From an uncultured Eubacteriales bacterium (GTDB lineage: Bacteria > Bacillota > Clostridia > Lachnospirales > Bianqueaceae), in NCBI GenBank assembly GCA_902783575.1, contig CACZRP010000047.1:40783-104782 (forward strand): a DNA stretch of 64,000 nt, given 5' to 3'. The notes under the pieces are model-generated. The model saw only the letters and a program-made list of their open reading frames with translations, had not been told where the DNA came from and did not search any database. Position numbers and translations under genes: made by a program. Positions within the stretch are counted from its first letter, which is position 1. The number at the start of each line of letters is the position of its first letter. Shown here in pieces: positions 53,040-62,125 of this stretch.

Positions 53040-54176
53040 TCAAGCAAAGCGTTTTCCTTCGATAAATACTGAAAGAACATTCATTTCGCCATCCACCAGA
53101 ACAAGATTGGCTCTCTTGCCCGGAAGGATGGAACCATACATTCCGTCGATGCCAAGATCCCTGGCAGGATTCAGGGAAGCCATTTTCACGGCCTCCTCCA
53201 TGGAAAATCCCAGAGACATGACATTTTTAACACAGCGGCGAACCGTGCAGGTGCTGCCGCATAAAGTTCCATTGGAAAGATAGGCAGCGTCCCGGATGAC
53301 ATAGGGCAGTCCCTTCGGGATCATGTCATTGGTGAGACCGGCCAGCTCGCAGGAATCGCTGATCAGGGTCACTCTGTCAGCTCCCTTCAGCCGGATCAGC
53401 ATCAGGCATACTTCCGGCTTCACATGAACAAAATCGCCGATGAGCTCACACTGGATTCTGTCATTGGTCAGCGCCTCTCCCAGGATGCCGCTCTCACGGT
53501 GATCCAGGGGCCGCATGGCATTGAAGGTATGGGTGACTCTGGTAATACCCGCCCTCAGCCCCTCCAGGACCTCCTGACGGGTGGCGTTGGTGTGTCCCAT
53601 GGACATCCGGATCCCGTTTTCCGAGCCCTGCTGAATCACAGAAGCAGCGCCCATAAGTTCCGGGGCGATGGTCATGATCCGGACCATTCCCTCCCCCAGG
53701 TCTGTATACTGCTGCAGCAGCTCAGCGGAAGGCATCCGCAGTTTGTTTTCATCCATGGCCCCCTTCTTCACAGGATTCAGGAAGGGTCCTTCCATATGAA
53801 TGGCGTGAATGGAGGCTCCGTTTTCCGGTTTGTGACTGCGGGCATCTCTTACGATGGCAGGAATGGCGGCAAAGGCCTTCTCATCGCTCATGGAGGCCAG
53901 CGTCGCCGCATAACCTGTGACTGCCTCCCTGGCCAGCATCTTTCCCATATGATAACGTTCCACGGAAGAGGTGGTGGCGCAGGAAATGCCGCTGTATCCA
54001 TGCATATGGACATCAATCAGTCCAGGGATCAGAAACAGTCCTTCGGCATCGATGCATTCTTCTCCCGGAGCCGGCGTGAGATCTCCCGTTTCGGCAATCA
54101 GACTGTTTTCGATACGGAGAGACTCAGAGACAAAACGGAATTGATCATTCAGAACCTTCGCGCCTCGGATCAGCAT
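53040..54176 (-). CDS. nagA: N-acetylglucosamine-6-phosphate deacetylase family amidohydrolase, paralogue 1
   Basis: 378 aa; GLIDVHMHG, HMEGPF, TIAPE, MGHTNAT, VTHTFNAM, IGDFVHV. Confidence 0.82.
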   Translation of the reverse strand: MLIRGAKVLNDQFRFVSESLRIENSLIAETGDLTPAPGEECIDAEGLFLIPGLIDVHMHGYSGISCATTSSVERYHMGKMLAREAVTGYAATLASMSDEKAFAAIPAIVRDARSHKPENGASIHAIHMEGPFLNPVKKGAMDENKLRMPSAELLQQYTDLGEGMVRIMTIAPELMGAASVIQQGSENGIRMSMGHTNATRQEVLEGLRAGITRVTHTFNAMRPLDHRESGILGEALTNDRIQCELIGDFVHVKPEVCLMLIRLKGADRVTLISDSCELAGLTNDMIPKGLPYVIRDAAYLSNGTLCGSTCTVRRCVKNVMSLGFSMEEAVKMASLNPARDLGIDGMYGSILPGKRANLVLVDGEMNVLSVFIEGKRFA

Positions 54177-54188
54177 AGTTTATTCTCC

Positions 54189-55289
54189 TCAGTAGTCGTA
54201 GTTCTCGTACCAGAGAGCCAGATAGGGATCCATTTCCAGCAGCTCCTTCATGGCATCCGGCGCCAGAATATAATCCAGCAGCAGATTCGTCATATAAGGG
54301 CCATCCACGGAATGAAGAATCGCGCAGTAATAGGTGTTGCCGTTCCCGGTAAACACGGAGCCGTAGCTGCTTAAGGATTCATCAATATATCCGGTTTTTC
54401 CGCCCTCGAATTTCAGTCCGGGCACCGCGTAATCCCCGTTGAGGAAGAAGGAAGAGTTGTCAATGGTCAGCTCCATGGGCTCGCCCCAGCGGTAGATCGT
54501 AATGGTGCGGGAGTAAGTCTGCTCCAGTTCCCGGAATACATCCAGCGTATAAACCTTGCGCACAAGACGGTTCAGATCATAGGCGCTGGTATAATGATCC
54601 GGATCGTAAAGGCCGTGGGGATTCATATAATGGGTGTCATTCATCCCCAGCTCCGCGGCCCGCTGATTCATGAGATCGGCAAAGGCTTCGATGGAGCCAG
54701 CAACCTCCATGGCAATGGCGCAGGCACAGTCATTGTAGGATTCGGTCAGCAAAGCATACAGAAGATCCCGCATGGAGATCTGATCCCCCTCCTCCAGGTA
54801 AAGGAGCATGCTCTCCGGGTCATCGTAGCAGCCGTATAGCTCTTTCACGGTGATAAGGGCATCCAGATCGGAGGTACGCTCCAGCGCCAGAACGGTGGTC
54901 ATGAGCTTGGTGGTGGACGCAGGATAAATCCTGGCATGGGCGTCCTTTTCGTAGAGGACATTGTCATTCTGATCGGTCAGATAGGCGCCGCCCACCTTGA
55001 AGCGGCTGTAAAACTGACGGTCATAGTAGCCCTGAATGGCCGCCCCCACCTCATCTTTGGATACCTCTCTGGCATCAATCAGAGAATAATAAACCGGAAT
55101 CTCTGCCAGATACTGGCTTTCTTCCCGGGCGAATACTTTCTTTTTTCTGAGCACCAGAAGAAGGATAAGAATCAGCACCAGCAGCAGGACGATACTGATC
55201 ATGATGATCAGCTGCCGCTGCTGTCTTTTCCGCCGTCTAAGGGCGCGTTCTTTTTTCTTCTGGTATCTTTCCCGTTCGTATTTATCCAT
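54189..55289 (-). CDS. D-alanyl-D-alanine carboxypeptidase (S11, PBP5/DacB-like), membrane anchored
   Basis: 366 aa; Arg/Lys-rich N-terminal tail then TM (IIMISIVLLLVLILILLLVL); S-x-x-K PASTTKLM, S-x-N ESYND, KTG GGKTGY. Confidence 0.85.
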   Translation of the reverse strand: MDKYERERYQKKKERALRRRKRQQRQLIIMISIVLLLVLILILLLVLRKKKVFAREESQYLAEIPVYYSLIDAREVSKDEVGAAIQGYYDRQFYSRFKVGGAYLTDQNDNVLYEKDAHARIYPASTTKLMTTVLALERTSDLDALITVKELYGCYDDPESMLLYLEEGDQISMRDLLYALLTESYNDCACAIAMEVAGSIEAFADLMNQRAAELGMNDTHYMNPHGLYDPDHYTSAYDLNRLVRKVYTLDVFRELEQTYSRTITIYRWGEPMELTIDNSSFFLNGDYAVPGLKFEGGKTGYIDESLSSYGSVFTGNGNTYYCAILHSVDGPYMTNLLLDYILAPDAMKELLEMDPYLALWYENYDY

Positions 55290-56376
55290 GGATCGCTGTT
55301 ACCATCCATCCCTTTCTGGCATAAGCAAAGGCGACATCCGCAATGGAACGCTTAGCCTGCTGATAATATTCTTTCTGTTTCTTTTCCAGCTCCACATGAT
55401 GCAGGGACCAGAGATACAGGCCTCTCATATTTCCTGCTCTTCCGGAGTTTTCCAGCCGGATTCTCAGACTGTCTGTTACCATCAGATCCGTCACATCCAG
55501 CGCTTCCTGCTGGCCCAGAAGGCTCAGACAGGAAATCACCTCGCTGCTGATCAGGTCCGTCCAGTCGTCGGGAAGGTCCCTTCTCGCGAGATAAACAGCC
55601 TTCAGAAACTCGCTGGCCTCATCATAGCGGCCCTGCCACATCTTTGCCTCATAGCCCCGAAGAAGCCAGCAGGCCTGAAACAGACCGATCTGTCCATCGG
55701 AATCTGCCGGGATCTCCGCGGAAAAGTCATCCTCTGCTTCCTTTTCCTCCGACATATCAAGCAGACGACGGAATACGAGATCATAGTAACTCCGCTCCGT
55801 TTGGTTGGAAAGCAGGATGAGAAGCTTCAGACAGTCATTGGGCATGGCCATCCGGTAAATGGGAATCATACTGTCCGCCAGGGACCAGAGCCCGGTAATA
55901 AACAGCGCGAACATCATGCTGCCCATCAGAGAATGACAGGGAACCATCCCGGTCCGCAGCAGGATATATGCGATCACGGTCAATAGAAAATTGGCCATGG
56001 CTCCGCCAAGCCAGTACAGACAGAGAAAGCCTCCCGATGCATGATCCCTGGGACAGACAATCACCGGAATCATATCCTGCTCGGCCAGCTTCTCCCTGCG
56101 GAGGAATTTTCCCTTTTCCAGTACGTAATTTCCCCGGAAGAACTGAAAAGCAATCAGCTTGCCGCCGCCCATGAGGCCTCCCAGGATGTGTCCCAGGTTA
56201 TGCACAGGCACCTGGAAGAACAGTCCGAACCCCACACAGATCAGCAGTGACAGGGAATGAAAGGAGGTTTCATAGATTCGGGCCACTCCATCCAAAAGGC
56301 GCCAGCCCCAGAAGGTAAACAGCAGGATAGCGATGATCTCAATCAATATGGAACAGGAACGATAGAGTCGTTTCAA
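55282..56376 (-). CDS. Polytopic membrane protein with a degenerate zincin-like motif (HNLGH) and a soluble helical C-terminal domain; function unknown
   Basis: 364 aa; about 6 TM segments in the N-terminal 200 aa; PVHNLGHILGG where M50/zincin-type membrane peptidases carry HExxH; 8-nt overlap with the DD-carboxypeptidase gene. Confidence 0.5.
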   Translation of the reverse strand: MKRLYRSCSILIEIIAILLFTFWGWRLLDGVARIYETSFHSLSLLICVGFGLFFQVPVHNLGHILGGLMGGGKLIAFQFFRGNYVLEKGKFLRREKLAEQDMIPVIVCPRDHASGGFLCLYWLGGAMANFLLTVIAYILLRTGMVPCHSLMGSMMFALFITGLWSLADSMIPIYRMAMPNDCLKLLILLSNQTERSYYDLVFRRLLDMSEEKEAEDDFSAEIPADSDGQIGLFQACWLLRGYEAKMWQGRYDEASEFLKAVYLARRDLPDDWTDLISSEVISCLSLLGQQEALDVTDLMVTDSLRIRLENSGRAGNMRGLYLWSLHHVELEKKQKEYYQQAKRSIADVAFAYARKGWMVTAIHG

Positions 56377-56394
56377 AACAATATCCTCTCGAAA

Positions 56395-57537
56395 CTATTT
56401 GTAATACATATAAAGCTGGCATTTGAGCATGCCGTTGTAGAGCTTTCTTTTGCGGTCGGCCTTTCTGCCGAAATATTCCTCAAAGGACTCATCGGGACTG
56501 ATGAAGCTGTAGCAATGGTCCTTCATGGGACGGCAGACGATGCCCAGGGTCTTGTAGAGTTCCCTGGCCTGCTGTACATCCAGCAGACGCTCTCCATAGG
56601 GCGGGTTGGTGATCACCATGGTCTTCTTGTGGTCCGTCATGTCAAACTGGTCGACACGGAGCTTCTTGACATCCTGTTCCTTAAAACGAATCAGATGTCC
56701 CACACCGGCCCTGTCCGCGTTGTGTTTGGCCAGGGCGATGGCTTCAGGATCGATATCAGCACCGACGCCTTCAAAGGAAATATCCTTCTTGACAGCGTTT
56801 TTCGCCTCTTCTCTCAGTTCTTCGGTCATTTTAGGCGAAACCGTCCCCCAGGCTTCAAAGGAAAACTTCCTTTTCAGACCCGGAGCCATATTCATGGCCT
56901 TCATGGCTGCTTCAATCAGCAGAGTGCCGGAACCGCACATGGGATCATAGACAAAGGTATCTGTGTGGACCCGGGAAAGATTGACAATGCCGGCCGCCAG
57001 GGTTTCACGAATGGGTGCCTGCATGGCCTGGGGACGGTATCCCCGTTTGTACAGGCCCGCGCCCGTGGTATCCAGCATCAGGGTCACCTGGTTTTTCATA
57101 ATGGAAAACTGTATCTGCACCAGGGGTCCTGTTTCTTCAAACCAGGGATTTCCATAGCATTCCTTCAGCCGCTCCACCACTGCCTTTTTGATGATTTTCT
57201 GACAGTCGGGCACAGAATGAAGGGTTGAGTTCAGACTCCATCCCTTCACAGGGAAACGGTCCATGGAGCCGATGAAATTCTCCCAGGGCGTATCCTTGGT
57301 TCCTTCGAAAAGATCATCAAAGCTTTCGGCGGGAAACTGAGCCATGACGATCAGCACCCGCTCTCCGGAGCGAAGTTTAAGATTGGCTCTCGCCATATCC
57401 CGAAGATCGCCGGTAAAGGTGACGGAGCCGTTTCCGGCCTGCACATCCTGAAAGCCGGCATACTTCAGCTCATCCGCCGCTACCCCCTCCAGTCCGAACA
57501 GGGTCGGAACCTGCATCAGCAATTCCTGTTTTTTCAT
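56395..57537 (-). CDS. THUMP domain class I SAM-dependent RNA methyltransferase (RlmL/YpsC-like)
   Basis: ORF opens at 57561; ATG at 57537 (MKKQELLMQVP) overlaps the folA stop as ATGA; DPMCGSGTLLIEAA, NPPYGERL. Confidence 0.85.
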   Translation of the reverse strand: MKKQELLMQVPTLFGLEGVAADELKYAGFQDVQAGNGSVTFTGDLRDMARANLKLRSGERVLIVMAQFPAESFDDLFEGTKDTPWENFIGSMDRFPVKGWSLNSTLHSVPDCQKIIKKAVVERLKECYGNPWFEETGPLVQIQFSIMKNQVTLMLDTTGAGLYKRGYRPQAMQAPIRETLAAGIVNLSRVHTDTFVYDPMCGSGTLLIEAAMKAMNMAPGLKRKFSFEAWGTVSPKMTEELREEAKNAVKKDISFEGVGADIDPEAIALAKHNADRAGVGHLIRFKEQDVKKLRVDQFDMTDHKKTMVITNPPYGERLLDVQQARELYKTLGIVCRPMKDHCYSFISPDESFEEYFGRKADRKRKLYNGMLKCQLYMYYK

Positions 57538-58061
57538 AGCTTCTCCGGTTCCTGTGAACATTCACCGGGCCTGCGGATATAATCCACATAGCGGAATGAC
57601 CAGCCTGTCTCCGGATCGGTCAGGGGATCTCCCTCCTTCACAGCCTGCCAGTCTTCCTCGGAAACTTCAGGGAAGAAGGTATCGGCATCCGGAATCACCG
57701 TATCGATTCTGGTCAGATAAAGCTTATCCGCATAGGGCATGGCCTGACGGTAGATGCTGCCGCCGCCGATGATGAAGATTTCCTCCTGGGCCGCTTTGGC
57801 TTCCAGCAGGGCGGGAATAAGTTCATGCTTAACGATCACGTCCGGATGATCAAAGCAATAGGAAGGGTCATCCGCGATGACAATATGCTTTCTTCCGGGA
57901 AGGACCTTGGGCAGTGAGATAAAGGTATTCAGGCCCATCAGCATGGTGTGCCCCTTGGTGAGGCGGCGGAAATGCTTCAGATCCTCAGGAAGATGCCAGG
58001 GAAGCGTTCCTGCTCTTCCAATGGCTCCGTCAGAAGCGACGGCTACAATCACAGACAGCAT
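57534..58061 (-). CDS. folA: Dihydrofolate reductase
   Basis: 175 aa; VIVAVASDGAIGRAGTLPWHLPEDLKHFRRLT, IIGGGSIY. Confidence 0.92.
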   Translation of the reverse strand: MLSVIVAVASDGAIGRAGTLPWHLPEDLKHFRRLTKGHTMLMGLNTFISLPKVLPGRKHIVIADDPSYCFDHPDVIVKHELIPALLEAKAAQEEIFIIGGGSIYRQAMPYADKLYLTRIDTVIPDADTFFPEVSEEDWQAVKEGDPLTDPETGWSFRYVDYIRRPGECSQEPEKL

Positions 58062-58852
58062 CAGACAGCCACCTCCATGGAAATTTTCTCGTGATACTGA
58101 TAATCCACCAGCTTAATGTGTTTGGGCTCAAAGCTGTAGAAATCAGTGATGGAAGGATCGATCCACAGCTTGGGCGCGGGATAAGCCTGATCCTTCCGGC
58201 TCAGCTGAAGCTTCAGAGGCTCCACCTGGTTTTCATAGACATGGGCGTTGCTGATCACATGGGTCAGCAGGCCCGGACGGTAGCCCACGGACTGGGCGAT
58301 GAGATGAGTCAGCACCGCATACTGGGTGGTGTTAAAGGGCACGCCGAGCCCCATATCTCCGCTTCTCTGCACCAGCATGCAGTTCAGGCGGCCGTCGGTG
58401 ACATCCCACATGGAAAGGAAGCAGCAGGGAGCCAGCGCTCCGGTGGGGAGCTCGGGAATCTGCCACAGATTCACCATCATCCGGCGGCTCTGGGGATCCG
58501 TTTTCAGATCCTTCAGCAGCTGATCCATCTGATGATATTTGCGGATCACATAGCCATAGGCCGTGCCGATGGTGCCGTCCTCCTGCATCCACTCATCCCA
58601 GATATGAACGTTCTGCTTGTGAAGCTCGTTCACGTCGTTGGACTGCTTCTGATAGATCCACAGGATCTCCTTGACGGCGGTTTTGAAGGCTACTTTCTTG
58701 GTGGTAAGAATGGGAAACTCCTTTTCCAGATCAAACTGCATGATCTGGTGAGGAAGCTTATAGGTGGGGATTCCGGTACGGTTCTGATCATAGTAACCAT
58801 GGTCCAATATATTCTCAACGATATTCAGATACTGACGGTCATAATCACTCAT
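58061..58852 (-). CDS. thyA: Thymidylate synthase (ThyA)
   Basis: ORF opens at TTG 58909; ATG at 58852 ([16 protein letters not shown]) preferred; [14 protein letters not shown] (catalytic Cys region), [13 protein letters not shown]; 1-nt TGATG overlap with folA. Confidence 0.9.
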   Translation of the reverse strand: MSDYDRQYLNIVENILDHGYYDQNRTGIPTYKLPHQIMQFDLEKEFPILTTKKVAFKTAVKEILWIYQKQSNDVNELHKQNVHIWDEWMQEDGTIGTAYGYVIRKYHQMDQLLKDLKTDPQSRRMMVNLWQIPELPTGALAPCCFLSMWDVTDGRLNCMLVQRSGDMGLGVPFNTTQYAVLTHLIAQSVGYRPGLLTHVISNAHVYENQVEPLKLQLSRKDQAYPAPKLWIDPSITDFYSFEPKHIKLVDYQYHEKISMEVAV

Positions 58853-58917
58853 AAATAACAGGCCATCCTTTCCGAAAATGAATTTCTGCTTATCCATACT
58901 AGTATACAACGGAAGAC

Positions 58918-58946
58918 TTGAAAAATCAATGAACCGAACCTATAAT
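58918..58946 (+). promoter_or_regulatory. Candidate sigma-A promoter of the TIM-barrel isomerase gene
   Basis: TTGAAA (58918-58923), 17-nt spacer, TATAAT (58941-58946). Confidence 0.55.
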
Positions 58947-58984
58947 AAAAGTAAATCTCACACAAATAATAAGGAGTAAAACCC

Positions 58985-59758
58985 ATGAAATTAGGCGGAC
59001 AATTATATACGGTAAGACAGTACACCCAGGACCTGGCCGGCATAGAAAAAACCTTTCAGTTCTGCCGGGATGAAGGCTTTGAAACCATTCAGATCTCCGG
59101 CTTCGGTCCCGTGGATCCGCTGGAGCTGGAAAAGCTGGTAAAGAAATATGAAATGGATGTCTGCTGTACCCACTCTCCCTGGGACCGCATGCTGAATGAC
59201 CTTCCGGCCCTCATCGAGGAACACAAACGGATGAACTGCCCCGTCATCGGCCTGGGCGCCATGCCTCAGGAGGCCCGTTCCGATATCCATCAGCTCTTCC
59301 TTTTTGTTAAGAAATCCAGGGAAATCGCAGAGCAGATCAAAAAGGCCGGTCTGCAGTTTGCCTACCATAATCACAACTTTGAATTCCAGCTGCTGGAAGG
59401 CAGACTGGTGATGGACTACCTGCTTCAGAATACAGATCCGGAGACCTATCATTTCATTCCGGATACCTACTGGCTGCAGATGGGCGGCCTGAATCCCGCG
59501 GATTTCATCCGGTATCATCTGAACGGCCGCGTGGATGTCTGTCATTTCAAGGACTTTGCTGTACAAGGCTTTACCCCTGTCTTTGCCGAGGTGGGAGAAG
59601 GCAATCTGAACCTCTTTGACTGCTTTAAGGCCTGCCAGGAAATCGGCGTATCCTCCATTGTCATTGAGCAGGATGTATGTCCCAGAGATCCCTTTGACTG
59701 CCTGCACTACAGCTTCCGGAATCTGGTCCGTCTGGCCATGGCCTGCGGAGACAGATAA
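58985..59758 (+). CDS. Sugar phosphate isomerase/epimerase (xylose-isomerase-like TIM barrel)
   Basis: 257 aa; MKLGGQLYTVR, FAYHNHNFEF, VCHFKD, IEQD pattern of the family. Confidence 0.8.
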   Translation: MKLGGQLYTVRQYTQDLAGIEKTFQFCRDEGFETIQISGFGPVDPLELEKLVKKYEMDVCCTHSPWDRMLNDLPALIEEHKRMNCPVIGLGAMPQEARSDIHQLFLFVKKSREIAEQIKKAGLQFAYHNHNFEFQLLEGRLVMDYLLQNTDPETYHFIPDTYWLQMGGLNPADFIRYHLNGRVDVCHFKDFAVQGFTPVFAEVGEGNLNLFDCFKACQEIGVSSIVIEQDVCPRDPFDCLHYSFRNLVRLAMACGDR

Positions 59759-59781
59759 ACAAAATCGTCGGCCCGCGCCGT

Positions 59782-59825
59782 AAAAAAGAAGACCCTGGTT
59801 TTAGCCAGGGCCTTCTTCTTTTTAT
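59782..59825. terminator. Bidirectional intrinsic terminator shared by the isomerase gene (+) and rnpB (-)
   Basis: 12-bp stem AGAAGACCCTGG / CCAGGGCCTTCT (59787-59798 / 59805-59816) with one mismatch and a 6-nt loop, A run before, T run after. Confidence 0.65.
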
Positions 59826-59827
59826 GA

Positions 59828-60168
59828 ATTTGAGTCTTCCGATAAGCCGAGTTCTGTCATTGGAGAATCATCTATCTTGGACTGATGTTGCCACCAGCCT
59901 CCAGCGACCTACCCGAAGGCACGACGGGCAGCCGTATGGCCTTCTGTTTGGTCTTGCTCCGGATGGGGTTTACATTGACCCTTTCTGTCACCAGAAAGGC
60001 GGTGAGCTCTTACCTCGCCGTTTCACCCTTACCATAGGAAATATGGCGGTTTATTTTCTGCTGCACTTTCCTGAGAGTCACCTCTACTGGACGTTATCCA
60101 GCATCCTGCCCTGTGGAGCTCGGACTTTCCTCACTTCTTTCGAAGCGCGATCCTCTGGAAAACTCAAA
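59828..60168 (-). ncRNA. rnpB: RNase P RNA, bacterial class A
   Basis: Minus strand carries the universal blocks GAGGAAAGUCCGAGCUCCACAGGGCAGGAUGCUGGAUAACGUCCAG, AGUGCAGCAGAAAAUAAACCGCC, GGUAAGGGUGAAACGGCGAGGUAAGAGCUCACCGC, CCCAUCCGGAGCAAGACCAAA, ACAGAACUCGGCUUAUCGG. P1 pairs GAGUUUUCC with GGAAGACUC. Ends are +/- 5 nt. Confidence 0.93.
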
Positions 60169-60194
60169 ATAATAACGATAATTAAACTTACAAA

Positions 60195-61133
60195 TCAGAC
60201 ATAGGCGGCGCCGATGATACCGGCATCGTTGCCTAAGGTTGCGCAGACCACCTCGGGAAGAGGCACTGCTTTGCAGAACACATCCTGGGCCAGTCTGCGT
60301 CTCACCGGTTCCAGAATCAGCTCACCCTGGGCGGAAATTCCGCCGCCGATGACAATCTTTTCCGGATCAAAAATGTTTACCAGGTTTACCAGACCCTCGG
60401 AAACATAAAAGAGGTATTCGTCCAGCACCTTGCGGGCTGTCTCATCCCCCTGATGAACCGCGTTAAAAATCAGCATGCCGTTAAGCCTGCCATTTTCCTT
60501 CAGGGAAGAGGCCAGCTGACTCTCCGGGTGCATCCGGGCGCTCTTCTCTGCCATGCGGATGAGGGCTGTGGTGGAAGCGTAGGCTTCGTAGCAGCCTTTT
60601 CTGCCGCAGGTGCAGGGTTCGCCGCCGCTGACAATCACATGATGGCCTGCCTCGGCGCCGGTATGATGGCTGCCGGCAAAAATCTTGCCGTCAATAATAA
60701 TACCGCCTCCGACCCCGGTGCCCAGGGTGATCATAACGACGCAGCTGCTGCCCTTGGCGGAACCGGCCAGGGTTTCACCCAGCGCCGCGGCATTGGCATC
60801 GTTATCGATGGATACGGGAATGCCGAGAAGCTTTCGGAGCTCTCCGGCCAGGGGCACATTGTACCAGCCCAGATTGTTGGAATACAGGATGGTTCCGTTT
60901 TTGCGGTCAGGGGCGCCGGCGCAGCCGATGCCGATGCCGGCAATCTCGCTGCTGTCTATGCCCGCTTCGCTGATCAGCTCCCGGACCATCTGCGCCATAT
61001 CCTCAATGATTTCCATGTAAGGACGTTCGCTGAGGGTGGGAATGGTCTTTTTCAGGAGGATCCTGTAATTCTCATCCACCAGACCGGAAGCAATCTTGGT
61101 GCCTCCAATGTCGATACCGATACGATAAGCCAT
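60195..61133 (-). CDS. glcK: ROK family glucokinase
   Basis: 312 aa; GIDIGGTKIASGL, ROK zinc motif GHHVIVSGGEPCTCGRKGCYEAY. Confidence 0.85.
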   Translation of the reverse strand: MAYRIGIDIGGTKIASGLVDENYRILLKKTIPTLSERPYMEIIEDMAQMVRELISEAGIDSSEIAGIGIGCAGAPDRKNGTILYSNNLGWYNVPLAGELRKLLGIPVSIDNDANAAALGETLAGSAKGSSCVVMITLGTGVGGGIIIDGKIFAGSHHTGAEAGHHVIVSGGEPCTCGRKGCYEAYASTTALIRMAEKSARMHPESQLASSLKENGRLNGMLIFNAVHQGDETARKVLDEYLFYVSEGLVNLVNIFDPEKIVIGGGISAQGELILEPVRRRLAQDVFCKAVPLPEVVCATLGNDAGIIGAAYV

Positions 61134-61171
61134 GAGTATACCCGCCTTTCGGTGAAAATTTCCGGTGAAAA

Positions 61172-62110
61172 TCAGAGGATCTGAAGATAAATGGCTCTTC
61201 CCTCAAGGCCGATGGTTTCGCCGGCTGCCGGCAGAACAATGGCATCGCCCTTCTTGAAGGGTTTTCCATCAATCTTGCCGCTGCCTTCCAGAATCAGAAT
61301 AATCTGGAAATGATCCAGAGAAACAGCGATTTCCTGAATTCCTCTCAGGTTTCTGCGGTATACCTGGAAGAAGGGACATACAATGCCTTCCTCCATGTTG
61401 GAATACTCGGAACCGACGCTGGACTCGAGACTGGTCACCTGCAGGGCCTTATCCACATGCAGCGGTCTCGGATTCCCATCCAGACCCAGACGGCCGTAAT
61501 CATAGACACGGTAAGTGGTATCGGAGCTCTGCTGAATTTCAGCCAGAACAATGCCTCTTCCGATGGCGTGAAGGGTTCCTGCGGGAATAAAGAAAGCGTC
61601 TCCTCTCTTTACAGGAACATAATTCACATAGTCCTCAAGGGTGCCCGCACTGATGGCTTCGGCAAAAGCTTCCGGAGTCATGTTTTTCTTCAGGCCGTAA
61701 ATCAGCTTGGCGTCCGGTTCCGCATCGAGGATATACCACATTTCGGTTTTTCCGCGGCCGGAGGGACCTTCAATTCTCTGGGCCTGTTCATCATTGGGAT
61801 GCACCTGGATCGAGAGGTCATCACTGGCATCAATCAGCTTCACCAGCAGAGGAAAAGCTCCATGGGTTTCCCTGGCTACCTGATAGCCAAGAATTTCTGA
61901 AGGATACATGGATACCGCTTCTCTCAGCGTTTTTCCCTGCAAAAAACCGTTGCGGATCCTGCTCTGGCCGTTTTCGTGGGCGGATACTTCCCAGGACTCG
62001 CCTGTATGGGCAGAAGGAATCTTCTTGCCGAACAGACTCATAATCTGAGTGCCGCCCCAGACGGTTTCCTTGAACTCAGGATCCATGAACATGGGTTCCC
62101 ATTGTTTCAT
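61172..62110 (-). CDS. manA: Mannose-6-phosphate isomerase, class I
   Basis: 312 aa; ETVWGG, SWEVSAHENG, SIQVHPND, EMWYIL, GTLHAIG. Confidence 0.88.
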   Translation of the reverse strand: MKQWEPMFMDPEFKETVWGGTQIMSLFGKKIPSAHTGESWEVSAHENGQSRIRNGFLQGKTLREAVSMYPSEILGYQVARETHGAFPLLVKLIDASDDLSIQVHPNDEQAQRIEGPSGRGKTEMWYILDAEPDAKLIYGLKKNMTPEAFAEAISAGTLEDYVNYVPVKRGDAFFIPAGTLHAIGRGIVLAEIQQSSDTTYRVYDYGRLGLDGNPRPLHVDKALQVTSLESSVGSEYSNMEEGIVCPFFQVYRRNLRGIQEIAVSLDHFQIILILEGSGKIDGKPFKKGDAIVLPAAGETIGLEGRAIYLQIL

Positions 62111-62125
62111 CAGAAATACCTCTCC

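Noticed and set aside
59824-60204. 126-aa plus-strand ORF in the 59.8-60.2 kb gap.
   Set aside because: The region is fully explained by the RNase P RNA on the minus strand, and the ORF has no RBS or protein-like features.
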